NCBI GenBank assembly: GCA_965208735.1
Contig: CBDBPM010000002.1
Coordinates: 3,699,687 to 3,763,686 of the forward strand
Source of the DNA: Candidatus Poribacteria bacterium
Lineage (GTDB): Bacteria > Poribacteria > WGA-4E > WGA-3G
DNA: 64,000 nucleotides
Reading direction: 5' to 3'
Below, one piece after another: positions 20,611 through 28,696 of this stretch (its first letter is position 1; every line of letters starts with the position of its first letter). The translations under genes and the position numbers were made by a program. The notes beneath the pieces are model-generated. The model did not search any database. It had not been told where the DNA came from and saw nothing but the letters and a program-made list of their open reading frames with translations.

Positions 20611-22239
20611 ATGAACGATAAATCCGATTCTCAAAATGAACTTAATAGGGTTTTGGAAAAGATTCAAGAAATAGTAAAAAAGTCCGCTGATGGAGATTAC
20701 ATCTATCGGGGTGAACCAGAACTGCATCAAGAACATCCTTATCATGGAAAGGTTTCCTCAAGCCTGTATCGCTCGTCATTGACTGATTCTGTAATGGAAG
20801 AGGGTATAGAAGAGTACCGTAAAATTATTGAATCTCAGATTGGGAACAGGGAACGGTGGACTTTGGAGTTGGCGAAAGAATATTTATATGAAACTGGCAG
20901 CGAAACAATCAGCGATTTTGAAATCTTAGCGCGACTCCAACACCATGGTGGTAAGACCAATCTTATAGATTTCACAACTGACTACCTGATTGCTCTCTTT
21001 TTTGCCTGTGATAGATCCTATCATAAAGATGGCAGGGTTATCTTACAAAAAAGAGAATCGGAAGATTACCAAGCGGAAACACCTTCAGAAGCAATTAAAC
21101 GGGTGGAATCCCAAAAAAGTGTACTGCTCCGGTCGCCAAAAGGTTTTATCAATCCAGATGTTGTGGTGATTATTCCAAAGGAACTCAAATTTTCCGTGCT
21201 AAACTATCTTGAAAAGCACCACGACATATCTACTAAAAAGATTTACAAAGATATCCACGGATTTGTAAAATGGTTAGGCGGATACATTGATCCTATGGCT
21301 GAATTTGGTAAAGGGGTAATTTGTCAAAATAGGGCGAGTTTAGGAAATAACATGCAGGAGAAATTGAAATGGTATGAAAAAGCTTATGAGCATTTTACCG
21401 AAGCATTGAGACTAAAATCAGATTTCACCGAAGTTTATATTCATCGCGGAGCTGTTTTTCGCGATGTTGCCCAGTTTGATCCTGCTCTTAAAGACTTTAA
21501 TACTGCAATAGAAATAGTCCCTGAGGCTGCCGATGCGTATAACGAGCGCGGAAGATGTTATGCTAAAATGGGTGATACTGAAAAAGCACTAAAGGATTTC
21601 AACATTGCTATAGATTTGAATTCAGAGAAGGCAGATTTCTATAACAATCGCGGTATAACTTACAAAGATATGGGTGAAGTTGACTTGGCAATGAAAGATT
21701 ATAATAAAGCAATAGAACTAGATCCAGAATTTCCCGAGGCCTATAACAATCGCGGCATAGTTTATGACGAGAGAGGTGAACTTGACTGTGCTATCAAGGA
21801 CTATAGTAAGGCAATAGAACTCAAATCTTATTATGCGAATGCCTGTAATAATCGCGGTCTGGCCTACCGAGAAAGGGGTGATGTTGATCTTGCCATTGAA
21901 GACTTTAGAAATGCAATTATAGGAGAGTATGATTTTGCTGAAGCTTACTACAATCTCTGTGAAGCCTACCTCATCAAAGGTGATTTTGAGAGTGCTTATA
22001 CTGACTTGGCTACACTAGCAATGCTAATGTCGTCTCCCTATGCGTATTTTGCTTGCGGTATAATCGGGTTGTGCCAACAGCAATGGGAAAAGGCTAGATC
22101 AGACTTTACTGTTGCTACGGATAACGGATTGGATATCGTCGCTTTATTTTATAAAGATTATGGAGGCATTGAAGACTTTGAGCAGAAGAATGATCTTCAG
22201 TTACCGGAAGACATCGCGACGATGTTGAGGCAGCAATAA
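20611..22239 (+). CDS. FRG-domain protein fused to a C-terminal TPR array
   Basis: N-terminal YIYRGEPELHQEHPYHGKVSSSLYRS ... LARLQHHGGKTNLIDFTTDYLIALFFAC fits the FRG-domain (PF08867) pattern: FRG ... L.PS.fR ... QHyG.PTrLlDwT...A.yFA. The C-terminal half is at least seven TPR units plus a tail shared with the next gene. Confidence 0.7.
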   Translation: MNDKSDSQNELNRVLEKIQEIVKKSADGDYIYRGEPELHQEHPYHGKVSSSLYRSSLTDSVMEEGIEEYRKIIESQIGNRERWTLELAKEYLYETGSETISDFEILARLQHHGGKTNLIDFTTDYLIALFFACDRSYHKDGRVILQKRESEDYQAETPSEAIKRVESQKSVLLRSPKGFINPDVVVIIPKELKFSVLNYLEKHHDISTKKIYKDIHGFVKWLGGYIDPMAEFGKGVICQNRASLGNNMQEKLKWYEKAYEHFTEALRLKSDFTEVYIHRGAVFRDVAQFDPALKDFNTAIEIVPEAADAYNERGRCYAKMGDTEKALKDFNIAIDLNSEKADFYNNRGITYKDMGEVDLAMKDYNKAIELDPEFPEAYNNRGIVYDERGELDCAIKDYSKAIELKSYYANACNNRGLAYRERGDVDLAIEDFRNAIIGEYDFAEAYYNLCEAYLIKGDFESAYTDLATLAMLMSSPYAYFACGIIGLCQQQWEKARSDFTVATDNGLDIVALFYKDYGGIEDFEQKNDLQLPEDIATMLRQQ

Positions 22240-22271
22240 CTCTAAAACCCATCGAATAGGGGTATAGTGAA

Positions 22272-23105
22272 GTGGTAACGCGTAAACCTAATGATACCGA
22301 GTCATATTACAATCGTGGCATCGCTTACTACGAAAAACGTGAGTATGATAAAGCCATCGCAGACTTTAGCGAGGTCATAAAACGCGCACCCAATCATGTT
22401 GATGCTTATTACAATCGCGGCAATGCTTATTGGGATAAAGTTGATTTTGACGAAGCCATTGCAGACTATACCAAGGCGATAGAACTCAAGCCCGATTATG
22501 CCGAAGCCTATTACAAGCGCGGTAGAATTTATGCTGAGGACGATGAGTATCACAAAGCCATTGACGACTTTGGTATGACGATAAAGTTTGACCCTGAACA
22601 TTCCAACGCGCATGGTTATCGTGCTGACCTTTACCGTGATATAGGCGAATACGACGAAGCCGTTGCGGGGTATAACATGGAAATGGAACTCCGCCCCGGT
22701 GCCCCCGAGGTCTATTATAACCGTGGAAACACTTACGCCGCAAAAGGTGAATATAACAACGCCATTGAAGACTTTAGCAAAGCGATAGAACTAAATCCAG
22801 AGTTTGCAGAGGTTTATGTCAAACGCACTTTAACTTATATCCGAATAGGCAAATTTGATCGCGCCATTCAAGATTATGACAAGGTGCTGGATCTCAAACC
22901 AAAATCTATTGCATTCTACGCGGCTCGTGGTATAATATCTCTACAAATAGAAGAATGGGAAAGTGCTAAATTAGACCTGATTTTTGCCAGAAATTTAAGA
23001 GTGAATATCATCAATATATTCCATACAATGTACGAAAACGTTGCTGACTTTGAAGAAAAAAATAATGTGCAGTTGCCGAAAGACATCACGGCAATGCTGA
23101 CGTAA
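22272..23105 (+). CDS. TPR-repeat protein, paralog of 19711-20583 and of the C-terminal half of 20611-22239
   Basis: TPR units with 80-90% nucleotide identity to stretches of the first TPR gene. The C-terminal tail (NVADFEEKNNVQLPKDITAMLT) is paralogous to the tail of the FRG-TPR protein. GTG start with a weak RBS. Confidence 0.65.
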   Translation: MVTRKPNDTESYYNRGIAYYEKREYDKAIADFSEVIKRAPNHVDAYYNRGNAYWDKVDFDEAIADYTKAIELKPDYAEAYYKRGRIYAEDDEYHKAIDDFGMTIKFDPEHSNAHGYRADLYRDIGEYDEAVAGYNMEMELRPGAPEVYYNRGNTYAAKGEYNNAIEDFSKAIELNPEFAEVYVKRTLTYIRIGKFDRAIQDYDKVLDLKPKSIAFYAARGIISLQIEEWESAKLDLIFARNLRVNIINIFHTMYENVADFEEKNNVQLPKDITAMLT

Positions 23106-23160
23106 CAATAAGCATAATTCCTGATTCATCAATTTTTGGAAGACTATAACAGGGGAGCAT

Positions 23161-24363
23161 ATGCTGGCACAAACTATTTCCGATATCATAGAATGCAAGC
23201 AAACAATTGAAAATCATAGGTTTGACGAAACCGCGACTAAACAGTATATTGTTCTCCCTATTCTCAGATCCTTAGATTGGCAAGATGACAATTTATATAC
23301 GTTAGAGGTGTTTCCAGAAAAAAGAGTTGGCGATGGAAAAGTTGACTATGCTTTGCAACATGATCAAACCTCTTTGGTATTTGTTGAGTGTAAACGTTGG
23401 GGCACAAGCATTGAGAAATATCAGGCACAAATTTGCCAGTACGCTTTTCAAGCAGGAATAGAAATAGCCGTTATCACCAACGGAAAAATATGGGACTTCT
23501 ACCTACCTAATCTAACAAGTACACCTGACAGGAGGATTATACCATGGGAAGATAGGATTTTCTGTTCCATTGATCTTGAAATACAGCAGGAAGCAGCATC
23601 CGACTTCCAAAAATATCTCTCCAAGTCTAATGTTGAACAGGGGAAAGCAAAGGTGGAAGCGCGAGAAGCGTTTCAACCCCGATTGTCCGATACTCCTTTA
23701 CCACGGCAGAATTATGGATTACCGATTCTGAAAGCCTTAGAAAGTCTTGGAGGTTCTGGAGCGACCCACCGAGTATTAGAATTGGTCTATCAATTCATGG
23801 ATTCGGCTAATGAGCTGCGAGAAATAGATAAGTCTCTTCGATCAGACGGTCAGTTTTATTGGGATAATCGGACCCAGGACATGCGACGAGAATTAATCAG
23901 TAAAGGTCTAATGAAAGATGATTCTCCGTGGGGTATTTGGGAAATCTCTAATGCTGGGCTTGAATACCTCTGTGATATGGATGTCCAAAAATCACCACGA
24001 TCCCCAACCCTGAATACTTCTTCGCACGAACATGGGGCTGAACCTTCTGATACTCCGCTTCCACGAACGAGCTATGCTTTACCTATTTTAAAAGCCTTAA
24101 TCCAGCTTGGTGGCTCTGCAATCACCAGTGAGGCACTCAAAACAGTTCGCCAATTAATGGAAAACGAATTGAAACCAATAGACCTATCACAACGTCCAGC
24201 CGGACATTTGTATTGGGAAAACCGTGTTCACGATATGCGACGAGAATTGATAAATAGGGGTCTAATGGTAGCCAATTCTCCGCGCGGAATTTGGGAAATT
24301 TCTGATGCCGGGCGTGAGTATCTTATTAATCTTAATAGTAAGGAAAATTTAGACAGTGGATAA
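23161..24363 (+). CDS. Restriction-endonuclease-like protein: N-terminal HsdR_N-type PD-(D/E)xK nuclease domain plus two tandem Mrr_N-like winged-helix domains
   Basis: GDGKVDYALQHDQTSLVFVECKRW...IAVITNGKIWDFY fits the HSDR_N pattern (rpDYvl...vvEaK...iiTNG..w.fy). The C-terminal half is two repeats of about 110 aa (DTPLPR..Y.LPILKAL..LGGS.....L..V.Q.M.....E...R..G..YW.NR..DMRRELI..GLM...SP.GIWEIS.AG.EYL) that match the Mrr N-terminal wHTH pattern. RBS GGGGAG. Confidence 0.7.
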   Translation: MLAQTISDIIECKQTIENHRFDETATKQYIVLPILRSLDWQDDNLYTLEVFPEKRVGDGKVDYALQHDQTSLVFVECKRWGTSIEKYQAQICQYAFQAGIEIAVITNGKIWDFYLPNLTSTPDRRIIPWEDRIFCSIDLEIQQEAASDFQKYLSKSNVEQGKAKVEAREAFQPRLSDTPLPRQNYGLPILKALESLGGSGATHRVLELVYQFMDSANELREIDKSLRSDGQFYWDNRTQDMRRELISKGLMKDDSPWGIWEISNAGLEYLCDMDVQKSPRSPTLNTSSHEHGAEPSDTPLPRTSYALPILKALIQLGGSAITSEALKTVRQLMENELKPIDLSQRPAGHLYWENRVHDMRRELINRGLMVANSPRGIWEISDAGREYLINLNSKENLDSG

Positions 24364-25180
24364 TACAACTAAACCTGTTATAGCAGCTCCAACAGCGCGT
24401 GCGGAGTCCGATCTTGACGGTGCGAGAAACATCCTTGCGGATGCCCTTTACGAGATGGGGTATGATGGCACGTTAGTAGACACTCTGATAGAAAGAAATG
24501 TCATTGATTTCAGTACTGTTGACTACACAAGCCATATCAAGTACCAACTTAGAGAACGTTATGGAGAATCTATTTTATGGGATGATAGTCTTGAAGATGC
24601 TGTTGCCGTTGAGGTTTTAACAGTTTCTTTAACAGGTGAACTGGGAAAAAACTGGAGTGCCTCTAAGAACGACACTTTTCAAGAACGTATCCGAGATGTG
24701 ATCGGAAAATTAATTGAAAAGTTAGGGCTAAAGGTAGTTTTGCGCTATGATTTAGTAAAGAATGGCACCTTATCCGAAGAATTGGAAAGTGTTAAACAAC
24801 ATTTGACAGTTGATTATGGAGAATTTAACTCTGATCTCCCGTATGTTGATCTTGTAATTTATACCGCCGAAAATTCGCGTGTTATTGCTGTAATCTCGTG
24901 CATAATTAATTTGAAACCCCGAATTTTTGACACAGTTTATTGGAGACTCAAATTTCGGGAAGACGAAGATAAAGCCTCTATCAAATTCTATCTCGTCACA
25001 ACTGATATAGACGAAACTCTGAAGATTGCAGACTTACCGGAAAAAAGACGAGCCATTTTAGAGGCAGAACTTGATGGCATCTATGTACTAACAGCATCGG
25101 AATTTCAGCAAAGCGATAAGGTTAAACTGTTTGAACATTTTATTGAGGATTTTAAACAAGCCATAGAAGAGAGTCAATAA
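24356..25180 (+). CDS. Hypothetical protein, translationally coupled to the nuclease gene
   Basis: Overlaps the upstream stop by 8 nt. 274 aa, acidic, no recognisable family. The segment PYVDLVIYTAENSRVIAVISCIINLK could be a degenerate D...(D/E)xK motif, but this is speculative. Confidence 0.55.
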   Translation: MDNTTKPVIAAPTARAESDLDGARNILADALYEMGYDGTLVDTLIERNVIDFSTVDYTSHIKYQLRERYGESILWDDSLEDAVAVEVLTVSLTGELGKNWSASKNDTFQERIRDVIGKLIEKLGLKVVLRYDLVKNGTLSEELESVKQHLTVDYGEFNSDLPYVDLVIYTAENSRVIAVISCIINLKPRIFDTVYWRLKFREDEDKASIKFYLVTTDIDETLKIADLPEKRRAILEAELDGIYVLTASEFQQSDKVKLFEHFIEDFKQAIEESQ

Positions 25181-25184
25181 CCTA

Positions 25185-26078
25185 ATGAAAATAGCAAATG
25201 CCCCGTGTTCGTGGGGTGTGCTTGAGTTTGAGTTAGACGGTGAAGCACCCAACTATACACAAGTATTAGACGAAATGCACGCCATCGGTTACATCGGCAC
25301 CGAACTCGGAGATTGGGGGTTTATGCCGACGAATGCCGGACAGCTTCGCGACGAACTTGCGAAGCGGCAATTAACACTGTTGGGCGCATTCGTAGCGGTC
25401 GCGCTCGCCGATACGAAGACACACGCAGTTGGTGAAGCAGCAGCACTGCGTCACGCCCGTTTGTTAGCAGATGTCGCTGGCGACACGCCGTTCATCGTGC
25501 TTTCAGATGATAACGCCACCACAGAACTACGTACCCGTTATGCCGGTCGTGTCCGGCCTGAACACGGGTTGACACCTGCAGAGTGGGATACCTTTGTACA
25601 GGGCGTACACCGTATCGCGCAATCGGTGAAAGACGAAACAGGACTTCGCACCGTTTTTCATCCGCATTGTGCAGGGTATATAGAGACAGCAGCAGAAGTG
25701 GATACATTGATGGAACGCACCGATCCGAGCCTCATTGGGTTGTGTTTTGATACCGGGCATTACCGATTCGGTGGCGGTGATCCACTTGAAGCGTATACGC
25801 GTCATGCAGACAGGATATGGCACGTCCATTTCAAGGACTGTCATCCTGACATCGCTGCCCGTTCTCGAAAAAATGAATGGGATTACTTTGCATCTGTCGG
25901 AAACGGTGTTTTTTGCGAATTAGGCAACGGAGAGGTCGATTTTCCGTCATTCCTTGCAGAATTGCGAAACCGGGATTACGACGGTTGGATCGTTGTGGAG
26001 CAGGATGTCCTACCGGGGATGGGGAGTCCTTACGAGAGCGCGGAACGGAATCTGCGGTACCTAAATTCGATTCTATAG
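25185..26078 (+). CDS. iolE: Inosose dehydratase-like sugar phosphate isomerase/epimerase (xylose-isomerase-like TIM barrel, IolE-like)
   Basis: AEVDTLMERTDPSLIGLCFDTGHYRF...RIWHVHFKDC...DGWIVVEQD parallels B. subtilis IolE ([26 protein letters not shown]...RIKHVHFKDV...GWIVVEAEQD). Confidence 0.7.
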   Translation: MKIANAPCSWGVLEFELDGEAPNYTQVLDEMHAIGYIGTELGDWGFMPTNAGQLRDELAKRQLTLLGAFVAVALADTKTHAVGEAAALRHARLLADVAGDTPFIVLSDDNATTELRTRYAGRVRPEHGLTPAEWDTFVQGVHRIAQSVKDETGLRTVFHPHCAGYIETAAEVDTLMERTDPSLIGLCFDTGHYRFGGGDPLEAYTRHADRIWHVHFKDCHPDIAARSRKNEWDYFASVGNGVFCELGNGEVDFPSFLAELRNRDYDGWIVVEQDVLPGMGSPYESAERNLRYLNSIL

Positions 26079-26126
26079 CAGTGGATATTGAAATTAATAC
26101 ACAGCGTGGGAGTTAGGAGACCTTTG

Positions 26127-27146
26127 ATGAACAACCCTTCAAAAATTGGTGTTGGTGTTATCGGGGCGGGACGTATCGGTAGACTTCATATTGAGCATCT
26201 TGCACAGCGTATACCAGAAGCCGAACTGCTCTCGATTTGCAGCTTGAACCCCTCTGGTGCCGAATCCCTTGCTGAACAGTTTAAGGTCCCGAAAGTGATG
26301 ACCGATTACAAGGCTCTCTTGGCAGATCCGCAGGTTGATGCTGTGCTTGTCGCCTCTTCAACGGATACGCATGTCGAAATCAGCCAAGCCGCCGCGAAAG
26401 CAGGGAAACACATCTTTTGCGAGAAACCGATCGCGTTTGACTTGGATCAGATTGACGAAACCTTGGCGATTGTAGAAGAGGCAGGCGTGAAGTTTCAGAT
26501 CGGTTTTAACCGTAGGTTTGATGCAAGTTTTAAGCGTGTGCGTGAAGCGGTTGCCTCTGGCGAGATTGGCGAGCCGCACATCATACGTATCACGAGCCGC
26601 GACCCGGCACCACCGCCGATTGAATACGTCAAGGTCTCCGGCGGGATTTTTCTTGACATGACGATCCACGATTTCGATATGGCGCGGTATCTGATCGCGG
26701 ACGAGGTTGTTGAAGTCTACGCAGCGGGCGGCGTGCGCGTTGATCCGAAAATTGGCGAGGCAGGCGATATTGACACAACGGTTATCACCCTACGATTCCA
26801 GAATGGGGTTATCGGAATGATAGATAACAGTAGAGAGGCCGTCTACGGCTACGACCAGCGGGTTGAGGTATTCGGTTCAAAGGGGATGGTTACGGCGGCG
26901 AATCCACCGAGGGATACTGTTACCTTCAGCGGTAGTGAGGGCAGTCGTGCTGCATCGCCCCCCTACTTTTTTGTGGAACGTTATCAGCCCGCATTTCTCG
27001 CGGAATTGCAAGCGTTCTTTACATGCATCCAAGAAGACACACCACCACCCGTCACAGGGGCAGATGGTCGCGCACCTGTCGTAATGGGTTTTGCAGCGTT
27101 GAAATCGCTGCGCGAAAATCGTCCAGTCCTTTTGTCGGACATTTAG
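26127..27146 (+). CDS. iolG: myo-Inositol 2-dehydrogenase-like Gfo/Idh/MocA oxidoreductase
   Basis: N-terminal Rossmann GVIGAGRIGRLH, EKPIAFDL, GFNRRFD and RITSRDPAPPP segments fit the IolG pattern. Start set at the ATG after AGGAG. Confidence 0.7.
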   Translation: MNNPSKIGVGVIGAGRIGRLHIEHLAQRIPEAELLSICSLNPSGAESLAEQFKVPKVMTDYKALLADPQVDAVLVASSTDTHVEISQAAAKAGKHIFCEKPIAFDLDQIDETLAIVEEAGVKFQIGFNRRFDASFKRVREAVASGEIGEPHIIRITSRDPAPPPIEYVKVSGGIFLDMTIHDFDMARYLIADEVVEVYAAGGVRVDPKIGEAGDIDTTVITLRFQNGVIGMIDNSREAVYGYDQRVEVFGSKGMVTAANPPRDTVTFSGSEGSRAASPPYFFVERYQPAFLAELQAFFTCIQEDTPPPVTGADGRAPVVMGFAALKSLRENRPVLLSDI

Positions 27147-27169
27147 TGGTAAGGGTCTAAGCAGATGCC

Positions 27170-27898
27170 CTACTCACCGCCGACATCACCGACTTCGATT
27201 TCGATCTCATCTCGATTTCGGACACGCTCCACGAGACCGTCGCGGATGTCCACAATCCGGTCAGAGACATCAAGCATTTTCAGGTCGTGCGTTGCCGAGA
27301 TTACAGTGACACCCTGCTCGTTATTCAGGTGTTTAATGAGATCAATGATCTCGCGTCCAGTAATTGTGTCGAGGTTTGCTGTCGGTTCATCAGCGAGGAT
27401 AATGCTTGGATCGTTGGCAAGTGCTCTGGCAATAGCAACGCGTTGACGCTGACCGCCTGAGAGTTCATCAGGGAGATGGTACATCCTGTCTCCTAAGCCT
27501 ACCATATCCAGCAACTTTTCCGCTCTTTCATTGCGGTCTTTCTCAGAAATCCCAGCGAAAATCATAGGTAGCGTTACGTTTCCGTGCGCGCTCCGAACAT
27601 GCAGCAGGTTGTAACTCTGAAAAATGTAGCCCACGCGGTGGCACCGAAACGCCGCAATCTGTCTTTGTGACAGTTGGGACATGTTTTGACCATCAATGTA
27701 GACCTGTCCTTCTGTAGGGCGGTCGAGCGCACCGATCATGTTAAAGAGGGTAGATTTACCTGAACCGGAGGGACCCATAAGCGAGATATACTCGCCGCGT
27801 TCAATCTCAATGTTGATGCCATCCAAAGCACGAAGAATGTTTGAACCCATGCGATATTCTTTGACAACATCTTCAGTTTTCACAACGATATCATTCAT
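27170..27898 (-). CDS. ABC transporter ATP-binding protein (LolD/MacB-type)
   Basis: Walker A GPSGSGKST, signature LSGGQRQR, Walker B ILADEPT. Classic short N-terminal TEDVVKEY...L.G..L motif. Confidence 0.85.
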   Translation of the reverse strand: MNDIVVKTEDVVKEYRMGSNILRALDGINIEIERGEYISLMGPSGSGKSTLFNMIGALDRPTEGQVYIDGQNMSQLSQRQIAAFRCHRVGYIFQSYNLLHVRSAHGNVTLPMIFAGISEKDRNERAEKLLDMVGLGDRMYHLPDELSGGQRQRVAIARALANDPSIILADEPTANLDTITGREIIDLIKHLNNEQGVTVISATHDLKMLDVSDRIVDIRDGLVERVRNRDEIEIEVGDVGGE

Positions 27899-27913
27899 AA
27901 TTTTCCTCCGTGC

Positions 27914-28591
27914 CTATACCTCGGTACGCATCGCTTCAGCTGGTGGGAGTTTCGCAGCACGCCACGCGGGGAACGATGAACCGATGACTGCCAAAATCAT
28001 ACCGAGTACACATCCAATCAGAATGACAACTATTACACCAAGCTGCATCGGTCCATTTTCAGGCTGTGCCGGTAATAGCGGGAAATAGAAAAATAGGTCT
28101 AACCCATAGTCTTTAAGTCCTAAAAGTACTGCACCCAGTGTTCCGAGGAGTGCACCGATCAGTGCCCCGGAGAACCCTTGGAATCCTGATTCAAGTAGGA
28201 ACAGTCTAACCACGAAGCCGTCTAATGCACCGAGACATTTCATTGTGCCGATCTCGCGAAAACGCTCTGTTACTGCCATCAGCATTGAGTTTGCGATACC
28301 TACCACACAGACAATCAAAGACATAACAATGAGCCATATATCTTTTGTGGAAATACCTTGTTCCGTTGTCTCTTCAAAAGTGTTAATTGTTGATTGTCGT
28401 CCGCTCTCCTGTAGCGCAATGCCGATTTCGTTGTTCGTCCATACCGAAACCAGAAACGCGATACCCAGTGTAATGCCTGCTGTCGTGATTATTGAACGGC
28501 CAAAACGGATTTTCAAACTCTGAAAGCTAATTTTTAGCGATTCTACGAAAGGCAGATCGATCTGTTCTTCAATTGGTGTTCTTTGTTGCAA
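27914..28591 (-). CDS. FtsX-like ABC transporter permease (short form)
   Basis: Four predicted TM helices with the FtsX-like permease C-terminal pattern (MAVTERFREIG..K.LGA). Adjacent to and co-oriented with the ABC ATPase. Confidence 0.65.
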   Translation of the reverse strand: MQQRTPIEEQIDLPFVESLKISFQSLKIRFGRSIITTAGITLGIAFLVSVWTNNEIGIALQESGRQSTINTFEETTEQGISTKDIWLIVMSLIVCVVGIANSMLMAVTERFREIGTMKCLGALDGFVVRLFLLESGFQGFSGALIGALLGTLGAVLLGLKDYGLDLFFYFPLLPAQPENGPMQLGVIVVILIGCVLGMILAVIGSSFPAWRAAKLPPAEAMRTEV

Positions 28592-28696
28592 ATCTCTGTC
28601 TCCTTATTTTTAGGTATCTATGAAGATATTGTATCAAATTTACAATTTCAAGTCAAGTTTTTCATGCATATTGCATACGCGACAGAGTTATTCAGT

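Noticed and set aside
20611-23105. Possibility that the FRG-TPR gene and the downstream TPR gene are one frameshifted gene
   Set aside because: Both ORFs end with the same complete C-terminal tail module (...DFE(Q/E)KN(D/N)(L/V)QLP(E/K)DI(A/T)(T/A)ML) followed by stop codons. They are therefore two intact paralogous genes, not fragments of one.
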